A DNA stretch of 52,614 nucleotides, filler included, from Sphacelaria rigidula (Eukaryota): the NCBI GenBank assembly GCA_964200075.2. It is 4 parts of 4 records of this genome, joined end to end, with 100 filler letters (N's around TTAATTAATTAA, not from the genome) between each part and the next. Parts side by side here need not be neighbours in the genome. Positions count along the whole stretch, not along the records: positions 1 to 13,080 come from CAXNAA020003168.1; 3 more parts are not named here. One strand, 5' to 3'. A model generated the notes under the pieces. That model was not told the origin of the DNA. It worked only from the letters and a program-made list of their open reading frames with translations, and searched no databases. Made by a program: the position numbers and the translations under genes. Below, in pieces: positions 1 to 12,529 of this stretch (position 1 is the stretch's first letter; each line of letters starts with the position of its first letter).

Positions 1-135
1 CGATAACGCCACGGCGCTTCGCGCTTGGTGATTGAGTGCGAGCCTGGTCCGGCGAAAACCCGGCGTGCTCCGTCCCGGCATTGTAGGGATGTGGTCTGAT
101 GACTATGGCATACATGATCATGAGTACACCCCCCC
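1..135 (-). repeat. Interspersed repeat family A, partial copy at contig start
   Basis: Reverse complement of ~15690-15812 (gccatagtcat...cgccggaccaggctcgcactcaatcaccaagcgcgaagcgccgt). Confidence 0.8.
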
Positions 136-259
136 GGTAACGATCGAAGGCACTTGCGGACGGTACTTCCCTCGGGTTTTGTCGCATACTGGCTAGCCTC
201 CTCAAACCTCATTTCATTGATCAACCTTATTTAATAGAATCCCCTGTTCTTTGACGCGA

Positions 260-1656
260 GATCGATTTTTCTGTGGATGATCATGGGTAAGGGTCATTCG
301 TGTCATCTTGCAGCTGCAGAAGGAGAAAGACGCCTAGTAGTCGCAAGCTTGAAATGACCCCTGGACGAGCCGTATACCCATGAGAAAAGTTGGAGATCGA
401 CTTGCTGAGCATAGACACTGCATCGCATCCGAACAACACGTACATTATTTTGATGGTAGATCGAACCTCCAAGTTCCCATTCGGCTTCCCACTCCAAACA
501 AAGCAGACTGAAAGTGTAGCTCGCATCCTTGCCGAGCTATGCTTGACATTCGGCGTGCCTCACAAAATCCGCAGTGGCGGAGGAAGGGGATTTAAAGCCT
601 AGGTGGTGACACACCTGTGCAGGTGACTCAAAGCAGACATTGCTTTTGGACCTCCCGATCACTGCAGAGGACAAGGAACAGTCGAGAGGTTGGGGGGATG
701 GCTACTAGACATGCTGGCGGAGCTGTGTAAGTCATCTCTAGATCGATCATTCCCCTACATTATGAGGTGGGATCGAGTAAAGGACTGGATGCCTTGGTGG
801 AGCAGCGCGGACATAATCTCAAGGAGGTACGTCTAGCTCTTGAGAAGAGTCACACCGCGAAAGAATCGACTTGTGCGAAAATGAACGCCTCTATCATGAG
901 ACCCTTCCCCGGAGTGTCTGCTAGAGAAGGAGATCTGGTCATGGTACGCGAATCAGACAGCATGATACACCGGGATGGTAAGGGTAGGAAACTGCAACAC
1001 GAATGGTATACGGGGCCCTGAAGAGTGAAGGAAGTACTGATGACAGGCCTTAGTGTAGAGGTAGTCACGCAGGGTCGTAAACGTCGTACACGTAGGGTAA
1101 CCGTCTCGGAGGTAAAACCCTTTCATGTTCGTCCACCGCACCTCAGGCACTCAATAGCTGACGAATTTGCGCAACACATATGGGGTACAGACTGGAAGTC
1201 CAACACCACCCCTCCCCAAAACCACCAATTCGTCACCTTGGTGGATCGCCGTGAAATCTACTCCACGACAGGCACGAAGCAGTGGGAATATAAGGCGAGA
1301 TCTTTGGGGGGAGGGGGGTGTCAGACTGGTTGCCTGAGAGCCAGCTTCGAGACAGCGTTTCTCCTTTGAAACTAGACGCTTTCCACGCACTCTGGCACCT
1401 GTACAACCCTGCAGTTGCACCCAATCCACCCTTGCACTCCAAGAAGCGCCCCGCTCCGCTGTCGCGCAGTGACGCCTTGAAACGTTTCCCCATAGGTGTT
1501 ACCTTTTGGAAAGACTCTGGAGGTGTTCAGGTCAAAGGTCAGGTGTTTAACGACTGGAGCCGCTTTTGGCGAGTACGATACAAAGACGGAGACTGGGAGG
1601 AGCTATTCCGCCAGGAACTAGAACGCTTAGCGCGGGAAAAGGGACACCTACGGTAG
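260..1656 (+). pseudogene. Ty3/Gypsy integrase remnant (element 1) with C-terminal chromo-like and Tudor-like modules
   Basis: Stop- and frameshift-broken pieces: CSCRRRK (zinc-finger end), LEIDLL..YIILMVDRTSKF..FGVPHKIRS.GG..F (DDE core), VERLGG, GDLVMVR..KLQHEWYTGP (GPY/F-like), LVDRRE..WEYKAR..SDWLPESQL (chromo-like), FPIGVTFWK..GQV..WRVRYKDGDWEEL. Confidence 0.85.
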
Positions 1657-1753
1657 ATTTCACCGAAAAGGGACACCAACTTAAGACTGCAGCGGGGACG
1701 TTAAGGAGTAGTCATTGTATGAGATTGTACAGGATGTCATTGCACAGGGAAGG

Positions 1754-2979
1754 TGATAGTGAAATAAACGAAAGAAAAGTTATATATTGCTGGTGCCATA
1801 CTTTTGGGTCATGAATTGCGAGTGTCCTGTTTCTATGACTTGCGAGTGTTTCTGTTTCTTTTTCTTTTTCTTTTCGGGTGTTTTTGGCCTTGTCTGGTTC
1901 CCATTTTGTAACATACAAGTACCTGTATACCTCTCTTTTCATTTGTGTCCTCTTGATAACAGTTATTTCCCATTTTGTAACATGGGAATACATGTGTAAG
2001 CCAAAGCGCATGGGCTCTATCTTCAGTAGTATAAGCATCAGTAGTTACAGAGAGCACCCCTCAAAAGCTACACCCCTGTGACTATCGATCAGTTCGTGGA
2101 AAGGTTGTTATTAGCGAATCCAACCAACGTTGGATGTGGTTCAAGCCCCGCACTACCCTGGAATCCAGTGTAACTGATCTGGGGTGTCGACGCGCGATGA
2201 AGCTAATTAGCCAATCGTTTTCCAGTCTATAACTGAGATCCCGGGAAAACGACAGCGATCGTACTTGTCTGCAGTTTCTGTCGTTGGAAAGGGCGCTGCA
2301 GTTTTGTTTCCCTTTCCTAATGGATAGGGTTTTCCCCCGTCTAACAGGGTTTACCTATCGATTAGATACCGAGTTTTCCCTGCACTGTTAATTTGCAGGT
2401 TTTTCTTGTTTCATTATTCAGGCGTCGATGCACAGGCTTCGTTTTCCCAGCCCTTCCAGCCCTTGACATTGTTTTTTGTTTAGTCTTGTATATAACGCTG
2501 GGGGGGATGTTCCGGGTCTATTGGTTATTCTCCAGTCGAGTAGTAGGCTCTCTGCATCATGCTTTTGCTATGTCTAGTCCGACAGGTCATGTGCCATTTT
2601 TTAGTCTGTTGGATTTCTGAGGCAAGGGATGACCCCGGGCTCCCGTAGTCTTTTGGGGACTTATCTCGAGCCACGTTTAGCGGCCACTAGCCTGTTGCCG
2701 ATAATACAAGAAGCATCTACGCCATCACGGACTGCGATATCAGAGGCGTCTCTGGTCTTCTCCTAGTGTAAGCCTGACTTCCCTGCAACAGATGCTGTTC
2801 CGACATCTTTGCTGGTCAAGTGCATGCCGCCCGACTGTATGGAGGTCGGCTGATTCCGTGCTCTGTAAGTCGAACTCAAGCGAATCGATGCACGTTGATG
2901 GTGGTTGAGCGCCACTGCACGGGTGCCTATGAACTGGCACCCTTCACCCCCAGACGGTAACCATCGATTCGTGACATCA
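1754..2979 (+). mobile_element. Putative 3' LTR of Gypsy element 1
   Basis: Follows the integrase stop and a short purine tract AGGGAAGG (1746-1753). Starts TGAT and could end ATCA at 2976-2979. Non-coding. There is no second copy in the window to confirm the boundaries. Confidence 0.35.
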
Positions 2980-2986
2980 ATTTCGG

Positions 2987-3449
2987 TGTTACGGTGGTAC
3001 GACTTTTAATACTGGCGGCAGTAGTCCAACAAACACACAGAAAATTTGAAGAAATAATCTAATGTCATGAAACTAGGAGGCGTTTATGATCAAATCTGGG
3101 ATTTTATAGTTGCGGGTCTGATCAAGCTTGACTAGGCCGGATGTGAGACTGATCAAAGGTACAGGTACGGCTTTTCCCGAGCCGTGCCGTTTACTCGCTA
3201 AGGTGGAGCTGACAGCTAAGTAATTGCTATAGCCGGAGAGCAGCTGAGGGAGCATTGAACGGGGCGATAACGAATACGAGTGAACAAGAGTTTTTTGTAT
3301 CAAGTGGGTATAGCTTACTGCGTGAAGCTATTGTGGTATTAACTATTCTGGATATAATCGTAACCTTAATCTGAGAGGACTGATCCTTCCAAGGATCTGA
3401 CCTGACCAACGTGCACACAAGAGGGTGCACGCTTGATAACACCATAACA
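2987..3449 (+). repeat. 5' LTR of element 2 (463 bp)
   Basis: TG...CA termini with a 10-bp imperfect inverted repeat (tgttacggtg ... caccataaca, 9/10). The PBS begins after a 2-nt spacer. Confidence 0.7.
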
Positions 3450-3451
3450 TT

Positions 3452-3469
3452 TGGCGTCGACGGTAGGGC
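3452..3469 (+). promoter_or_regulatory. Primer-binding site, probably complementary to a tRNA-Ser 3' end
   Basis: TGGCGTCGACGGTAGGGC directly after LTR-terminal CA+TT. Its reverse complement reads ...CCTAC-CGTCGAC-G-CCA (T-stem, acceptor strand, G discriminator, CCA). Confidence 0.65.
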
Positions 3470-3675
3470 TGGTGTTACCCGTGGCCCTAACCCCACCCCT
3501 TCCCTCTGCTGCCGGCGCGGATCTCGTCGTACAAGCTTCAGTCCAAGATCGTTCCGTCGTGCAGGTGGCACCCACGACCGGACCCCCAACTGCTGGCACT
3601 ACCACCCACGCTGCCCCGCCGGTACACACTTTGTCAACATTCGCGGCTGCTTTTCCTGCCCCGGCTGATCATGAT

Positions 3676-6024
3676 ATGTTGCCACATATTTTGACTTCTG
3701 TTTCGCACAACTCAGGACACCCGTCTTCGGCCCCAGCGGCTGCTTCTGGCATCAATCTGGAACCAGCTCCTGTGCCAGACGTTAGTGTAACCACAGTACT
3801 GCAAGTTCTATGCAATACCTTGCTCCGCTCTCCTTCGGCTTTCGCCGACATGCAAGTAGCCCCCAGTGCCCAGCCCCGCGAAACCGCGCCCACCCCCACC
3901 GAACCTCGGCTTTCACCCACACCGCCACGGCCGCCTTCCCCCCGACACAACATAAACACCCCCGCTCGGCGGATGATCGCGCGTGACGACAATTCGAGAC
4001 ATACCTCTCGTTCTTCCCGTATTTCTACTGCCTCAAGGGTTTTTTCACGTCGGCGCTCGCCACGTAATAATGTTACTGTGCACGCCGATGCCACGAGGGA
4101 GATTTTTTCAGACCTTCCTTCAGCAGAGGAGTCGTCGATCGCGCCTTCCAGCGACCAACCGCCCTACGACTCACGCCATCGCAGTCGCCGAGCTCGACTA
4201 TCACGCAATAGCTCTTCCCGCTCTGACGCGGCAGTCATCCGTTCCTTGCGGCAACAACTTGCCGATTTACAGCGCACAGTACAAACACTTGTCAACAACA
4301 CCATATCTCCGCCCCCCACCGCGCCCCCCCAAACCGCAGCTTTTGCTGCCCCGGCTCCAGTTCCCGCTGCCGCCACCGTTGCCGACACTGACGCCGATAG
4401 TGGTACCCATGCTGGCTTCGGGGCCCCTTGTGCACTCGCACCCGCCTCAACCCCCCCTGCATCTACTGTCGTGCCGTCCAACCCTGCGCCTTCGTCGCAG
4501 CAGGATCGCCCACAGTCGGGTCCAGAGCACTGTCCACTTGGGCTCCCGCGTATTTTCATGGACCATGGCCGCACTGCCCAAAAACAACTCATCCGTGAGT
4601 ACGCTGACCACGCGCCGGCCATGATGAATGATTTCGTCAATCGGCAACGCAATACACATGCAGCGGCGTCTACACTTTCCACACCGAGGAGTATCACGCT
4701 CCCCTCCGCGAACTGCAGGAGGAGCGCTCACGCGCCTCTCACGCCGGAGCCGCTCCTCGCTCCCACCGCACGCCATCACCCCCCCCCTACTACGATCACC
4801 CGCCCCGACATCAGTGCCAAACCGCGCCGCTTCTCCATCCACTGCGATGACATCCCTTGGTTCATGCTTTCTGTGTAGAATCTTGCGGGCAAGTACACCC
4901 CCTCGAATCCTTTGCAAAGCTCTCGCGACGCTTGGCTAGCGCTCGTTCGACCACCCCAAAACGCAGTCGCTTCTTACCTGGAACACGTACTCCGTGATGT
5001 GGATCGCCGCTTGACCGGCTACTTTGATCGCAGCACTCAAGGGAGTGCTATACAACGACTTAGTTCTTTCGGTGTCGCAACAGATGTTCCCTTCGCGGAC
5101 TACCTCCGAAAATTCAAGCATCTCCTTTCCAGCACCATGGGGGTAGGTCGCCAGACTGGCTCATCAGACGCAATGTGTCAATCATACGTACGGAATAGTG
5201 TGTCCGAGCAGTTCCCGACTCTGATGCCGTCACTATTTCCAGGTGCTTTAGCTCACCGCGAAGTGCCTTATCCCTCTGTGGATGCGATATGGAGTGCGTT
5301 TGTCCATCAAGAAAATAATTTGACGCCAGCCATTCGTGGCGACAAGTATGCTTCAGCTCGTTCTCAGTCTGATTCTGCGCCTTCTTCGACCCCTTCAGGA
5401 TCCCGTGCCCGGCCCCACACTTCGCTTCGTTCCTCGTGGGTGCCTGCCTCCGTGACCGGCTCGATCATGAGCGTTGCAAACAAGAGAGATCCGTTCAGCG
5501 CCAGTTTTGACGGATGCCCATACTCCGCCGAGACTTGGGATGATGTTTACACTGTATCTACCTCTGCGTTTACTACGGATGACCCACATCTGTGGAACCC
5601 CCTCCTCTCGTCTGCTGCCAGACACGAGGCCTTCAGCCGCCACGCAAATAGTTGCATCAATTGTAACAACCAAGGGCACAGTATGCGCGATTGTACTCGC
5701 CCTTGTATCAACTCTTACGACCTCATGAACTCTGAGCTGCAGGACAGTGAGCCAGCATGGCGCCGATGGCAGAAACGCATGCGTGAATATCGCACACCCA
5801 ACCGTCATTCTCGCCGCCCTTTCAACAACCGCGACAACACTCGCTCAAATCGCGACAGTCGCAGCAACAACTACGACAACTCTGCCTCCCGGCGAAGAGA
5901 GAGTTTTTCTCACCGTCACCGGAATTCCGCTGGTAGACACCAGCGCACGGGGCCGAATTACAATCACTCGAACCCCAACGCCAGAAACCCTGGTTCCTTC
6001 ATGACTGATCGTACCGATCCATGA
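3676..6024 (+). pseudogene. gag: gag of element 2 (Pro/Ser/Ala-rich N-terminal part plus capsid/nucleocapsid part), interrupted
   Basis: ORFs 3451..4878 and 4912..6024. Zinc knuckle CINCNNQGHSMRDC (CX2CX4HX4C) near 5653, followed by an Arg/Asn-rich basic tail. Confidence 0.8.
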
Positions 6025-7089
6025 CATGCCGACGCCGGCGTTTTTACGTCTTCGGCGCCGCCGACAGCACACACGAAGACTATTTCAACACCGACCGCGG
6101 AACAAGTGACGATACTTTCTCGCTCAACCTCCCCGGCACTAGGCAGGAGTACCAATGACGGCCGCGCATATCAAACCCCGTCTTCACCTCTTCGCACACA
6201 GCGTAAACGTTGCGTTGACTCACAACTTAGCCCTACAGTCGGCTCTAGACTTGGTCCTTCAGAACTGAGCGTAAGTCTGAGGTGTGGGAACACCAACCGC
6301 CCGTCTCTGAGGCAAAGGCTTCCCTCAGCGACCTCACGCACAGGCAGTAGTGTAATTCACTCGACTGATTCAAGTATCGCTGGTCAGAATTTGACCACTT
6401 CGGACTAGGTAACACCCACCCAGGTCGAACGAGTTCATTCTTCGCGTTCATTGCACCATGCGAAGCTACTCCTGAATGGTTTCCACATAAACCATCCTAC
6501 TATACCTTCGGCTATGACTCCTCAGCCAAGCTTGCCAGCGGACAGTCCACAAGCTTCGCCCGAGCATGCCCCGATGCTGACCCCATTCACTCAACTGGAC
6601 GCAGTTGGGTTTTCCCCAAACACTTTGGAAGTTTCCCGCCATTTGTCACGGCGAGAGAGGAAGCCCCGTGAACATGCCCCCACTAAAGCGCGCGCATCGA
6701 CACGTACACCTCCCTCGAGTGGGAAATCTCGACCTCACTCTCTCCAAAATGCAACGACGTTGAGCTCGATGAATTTATCAAGTGCCCCAGAAAAATCCAA
6801 ATCAAATATTTCGGATATTTCTACCTCTTCTGCGGACTACACTGAACAAGATGCATCTACTCTAGACGTTGATACATGCCTTCCCAACACGGTCATATAT
6901 GAAATTGCTAATGACCAGCCGAGCTGTGCTCACTCTGGGGATTACGCATCATCCACCAAACTTTCTGGTGATCAAGTTGACCCCCCGGCGGATCACCACC
7001 CGTCCGTTTTCGCTGTCAGCACTACTGATTCCGATCAATTTTCCTTGGCTGAACATGGTCCGGATCTTGTCGGCGGTAAAGTGTCTGTT

Positions 7090-10000
7090 GATCCTGCCAC
7101 GTTTACTACTCGCGTAGCGCTCCATTGTGGACCATACGCAACCACGACTGCCAAATGCGTCTCTTCGTTAGACAGCGGCAGCCCACAAACATTTATTCGT
7201 GAATCAACGTGGGAACACATGAAACAGATTGGAGGTGCTTCAGAGCCATCCTACGATAGGGGGGGGGTATTTGGTTGCACGAAAAACGAGGCTCATAAGT
7301 GTGGCAGACATCCTNNNNNNNNNNCCACACTTGCGTTGCGCTTGTATTCGGTTCCAAACGGTATCAGGCAGTATGGATGAGCCTTAATGAAACACAACAA
7401 GCTTATTCGAACAACCGTTGTTGCTTTCAACGACGATCTGACGCGAAATTTCGAGCAACAAATGGTACAAAATACCCCCCCCTCTACCGTAGGATGACTC
7501 TTCAGCAGCCTGCGAAATCACTACCCAACCTCGAGTAGGGGGTGGTTTTGGTGACTCCACCGCACCTTTGACCACACGAATGTCAATTCGTCTCAGTGTG
7601 CAATTATTTCACAACACAACTCGTTCTGCCAGCCTTGCCATCTGGGCATCTGTTGTCCCCGACAGCACCATGGCTCACGCCTTACTCATGGGCCGAGATA
7701 GTTATATGCGTTTTGATCAACGCACCTATCGCACGCTACCAGCATTATCGCCACAGTCTGCGCCTCGTGAAGAACTCAACCTTGAACATTTCGGTACTCT
7801 TCACGGCGCCTTGGCCTATCAAAAAATGAACAAGCTATCGGAGCTGCTTACCATCACCGATACGATGGTACTGCTGGTGTTACCCTTTCCGACGATCCTC
7901 AACTGCTAGGAGATGCCCTCGTCCGCCGAAATGGCATGCCCGCCCTTACGGGACACTATCTCGCTGAAATTCTTCCTCGGGTTGGTGCGCCTACCGGCAC
8001 AAAACACTTTGTCTCCGCCGGAAAACAACTTTTGCCCCTCACGGGTCATGCTAACTTGGAACCTGGAGATGTTCTGGGTATCGCTGCTGCTCCTCTCATG
8101 CACATTCCACTTGAAACATGCGCCATTGAACCCTCGACGTCCAACTCGGCGCCTCCGACAGACGGTTCGGTCAATTGCATCGATGAGCCTTACTTCGACG
8201 TAACCTCTTCGTCTCCAGCACGTATCCACACCGTGGACCTTGCACCGTCAACGTCCGACCCTCCTGCTGAAGTGCTGCAACGCCTATCACCAGAATCTCG
8301 GACAAGTTTCTTGCACATATGGAACCAACTTCCATCCCATCTACGTGACATCAACCTTGACCTACATGGACCCAGTTGGGAACCCGCTGTAATCAAAGAA
8401 TTGAGCGATGTTCTATTGGAGTACCAAGACAGATTTTCTCGATCCAAAACGGATCTGGGGCATTGCAAAACGCTGCCCTTTGAAATCACCCTTCAACCTG
8501 GCGTTTCGCCAATCTCTTCTCGACCGTGTCGGACGAACCCCATCCTTACCAAAACATTTAACGCCATTTTAGATGCGTACTTAGGTGCCGGATTAATCCA
8601 ACACTCCTCTTCTCCGTGGGCCTCACCGCTAGTGGTAGTTCCCAAAACCGATGGAAACATACGCATCACCGTGACAACGGCTCAATCACGTTACTGTAGT
8701 GGGGAAAGTTCCCATTTCTCGCATAGATGAAGTCTGCGACTCTCGAGGCGAGGGCAAAATATTCAGTACCTTCGACCTCGCTTCTGAATGTTTCCAGAAT
8801 GCCATCCACCCTGATACAGTCCCACTGACAGCGTTCTGTACATCTTCTGGGCTCTACGAATGGATCCGTATCCCACAAGATGCCGCCACTGCACCAGGTT
8901 GTTTCCAACGCTTAATGCAACGCGTTACAGAGAATCTCGAACACATCATCATGTACTTGGACAATGCTATCGCATTTGATGCCTCCCCTCTTGCGTATGT
9001 GCACACCTTACGAGAGTTTCTTTCTCGCCTGAGGAAGTAAGATTTGAAGCTGTCTCCATCCAAAGCTTGCCTTGGCGCGACCGAACTGGATTTTCTGGGA
9101 CACTCAATTTCACCGGCGGGTCTACACCCCGAAACCAACAAAGTCAGGGCAATGACTGAATTGCCGATGCCCACAAACATTACGCAGCTCCGCTCATTAT
9201 TAGGTGGACTGTCCTACTATCGCATTTTTTTGCCTAACCTGTCCAAACTGATTCGCCCCATACTTGCTTAAAAAAGGCGCCACGTTTGTCTTCACCAAAG
9301 ACATGGAAGCTATCGTGCGCGACTTGCTGTAAACGCTCACCGAAAAATCGGTCCTTTGTTTCCCAGATTGGGATGCCGTCCAAGACGGCTCTCGCCTCTT
9401 TCAACTACATACAGACGCGAGCACCGACGGGTTCGGCATGGTCCTGAATTAACCTCAACTCGATGGCTCTATTCGACCCATCCTCTACATCAGTCGCGCC
9501 ACCCTGGCATACGAGGCCAACTGGAGTCCGCAGGAGCTGGAAGGTGGAGTCATCACTTGGGTCATAAAGCGCCTCCGACAATATTTGTTCCATGTGCCTG
9601 TCCAAATCTACACGGATCACGGAGCACTTGAACAACTTGCCAAAGTTGGCGAACATAACCCGCGTGTGCAACGCTGGTTGGAGTTTCTGACAGCTTATCA
9701 GCATACTGTCAAACACCGCCCAACACCAACGGGAATGCTGACCTTATCTCCCGCTTGCACCTCCCTCCAACGGCTGCCGATTTCAGCCCCGCTTGTCGAC
9801 TAACTGAACCCGATGGACCCGGCGTGTACCCTATCCGACGTTTCTCAACGCCCATTTACTTCACTGCCCAGAGACGGGTATGCACATGGGCGGCCCTCGC
9901 CCCCTGCCATATGATGCAGTCTTGGATGGGCTACAACCCACAGACGCTGATTTCGCCGATTTCCGTACTATCGGTCCTGGCGCAAATATTGCAGTTTCGC

Positions 10001-12529
10001 CGCCTCCAGTTGTCCATCTCATTTCCGACAAAACGCACTCTCGGTCTGCCGCCCGCACTAACCCTCCCCGCGCCCCACCGCCACCGACAACACTTACTGC
10101 TCCTACGAGCAGCGTAGCGCCGGCTCCCCGCAACACCGCACCACGAGCCTTGCCAACACTGGCCACGCGCAATTCTCACAACAAGCGCCGAGCGCGATCT
10201 CCGGCGCGCACTACTGCGACAACACCGCCCGCCGCAGCCCCGTCAGTGCCCACCCCTTCTGATGCTCCCGATGTACACATCGACGTTGGCACTCCCCCCC
10301 CGTCGCCTGTTCCACCACTCCGTGAGCTACCATGGTCGGCTCTCCGGCGGAAGACCAACTGCGCGAATTTGTCGCCAGTTACTCCCATCGTCATTGGGCT
10401 CGTGAACAACAAGCAGAACCATTATGCCGCGCAACCATGCGGTACCTCCGTGCTGGCTGCCCTGCCCCTATCCCGGCCAATATATTGGCTCCGGTTGGCA
10501 CACGACCACCACCAAACACCGCTGAAGTGTACGAACTCGCACGTAAAGGTACTATCTTCACCAATGATGATGGAATCGAACTGCTTGTCCGCCGCCCTAC
10601 GCCCCAGCGGGGTGTAACTTCACCCGCGCTCACTGGACGTCATGCACGCCTACTCGACGATGAACCCACTTGGATATATGTCCCATTTTCGATGCGACCG
10701 TGGGTAATGAAAGGCTGCCACACTGACCTGTCTTGCCACCTTGGCGTCACGCGCACATCAGCGTTACTCGAACGCTTTTACTGGTGGATCGGTATGGAGG
10801 TGTCCACCCGCTTCTGGATTCGGCGATGATTCAAGGGTCAAGCTCGCAAAAGCTCACGATAGACAATACGTTGGCCAGTTATTTCGGTGGCACTTCCAAA
10901 CGCTCCTGGTCACCTCGTATCTTTCGACTATTTCGGTCCGTTACCGCCCACTGACCGTGGCAACACCTACATCTTACTCTTTACCGATCGTTTCGGCAGC
11001 CACGCAGCCATGTACACGCAGTCACCGCTGGAGACTTCGCAGCCGCGGGCACAGCTAATATCTTAGTTCATGACTATATCAAGCACTATGGTTGCCCAAA
11101 ACGGCTTCTCTCCGACAATGGTCAGCATTTTTGCTCCGATCTCTCGGACGAACTGTATACGCTGCTAGGCATCCGCAAGATAGCCACGAGCGCTTACCAC
11201 CCTAATGGTAACGGCGGCACTGAACGAGTCAATCACAACATGACCCAGATGTTATCTATGGAGGTTACGATCGTCAAAACGATTGGGATCTTCATATTTC
11301 ACATGTCATACTGTCTGATAACAAATCAGTCAACGCTGCTACCGGTCTCTCTCCGAACGAGTTACATCTCGGCCGCTACCCCCGTCTGCCCATCACCGTG
11401 TTTGAGAGACACACCTTCGTGCACGCCAGCGCAAAGCTTTCACTCTCGTGCGTGAACACGCTATCAACACCTCGCGCGTTGAGAGATCTAATAATGACCT
11501 CTACAATTTGATGCACAAACGACCAACTTGGAAGGTTGGCGATTGGGTCTGGGTTTACAACAGTTTGTCAACCGTCCGCCAAGGCGCCGACAGAGCCACC
11601 AACGAGACAGTCTTGAAGACTAAGTCATCCCTCAACTGGACAGGACCATTCAAGATTCCGACAGTAGGGCCCTCGCCATCATCACCTGATGGCAAACCTG
11701 TTTGTGACAAACTTCTTTATCTCGATCTCCCTCGCGATCTTCAGGGATATGACGCCAAATCTCGCGTCTCTGTGCACCGTTGTAAACCTTGCATCAATCC
11801 GCATGACACTAGTGACATGCCCAAATATCTGCCTGCCGGTCTTACGCAGTACGTACTTGACAGCTATTCGACAAAGTCACCACCTTATCACGTAACTACC
11901 GACAATGTGACGGAACAACCGCTTCGTCTCGCCGTGTCCCACATTTCTGGCCACCGGATCACCCGCGGCCGAGGCGGTAAGATTGCTGTCATGTACAAAA
12001 CTCACTGGCAAGGCCTTCGGAGAGCGTCTTGGGAACGCGAACCCGATCTTCAGCTGCACCGCCGAGCTATTCTCCTGTACTGGACACAACCTCAACAGCA
12101 ACATCTTGCTAACAACAAGAAATATTGCAACATGCGCCGCGGCGCAGCAGCACGCGAACTTCACCGTGAGAAAGGTTGCGCTGTGTCGCCGATGACTATG
12201 AGTTGGTAGCTACCAAGCATTGGCATAAAAAGATCCGCGCGAAACAGGAAATCCTCCCCAAAGGCGCCTACCTCTGGTACAAAGGCAGCAACAACCCCTG
12301 GTGGCTAGGACAGACCCACTCCACAGATCTAACCGCGCCTGACACATACATCGTGCGCTTCATCGATGACCCCGGACCCGTGCAGCTCAAGCTCCGCCCA
12401 GAGGTTTATACCACAAGTCCACCCGCACCGAAAGGATCTTGGTGTCTTCAGCGACTCAAGTCCAACGGCCTCCGCCGTGGAATCCAACATAACATCGATC
12501 GCACACATGATGTCAACGCACCGCTTTAA
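7090..12529 (+). pseudogene. pol: pol of element 2: aspartic protease, RT, RNase H, integrase, chromodomain, PWWP/Tudor-like module; decayed
   Basis: Protease LDSGSPQTFI and LLMGRD. RT SSSPWASPLVVVPK.DG, FSTFDL, FQRLM, YLDN (degenerate YLDD), LRSLLGGLSYYR. RNase H LHTDAS, YTDH, RVQRWLEFL. Integrase CHTDLSCHLG..RFYWW, FDYFGP, LLSDNG, AYHPNGNGGTERVN, LNWTGPF. Confidence 0.95.
7315..7324. other. 10-N assembly gap inside the protease region
   Basis: Run of 10 N. Confidence 0.95.

Noticed and set aside
2136-2152. B-box-like GGTTCAAGCCCC in the putative LTR
   Set aside because: No A box or cloverleaf nearby, and no second copy.
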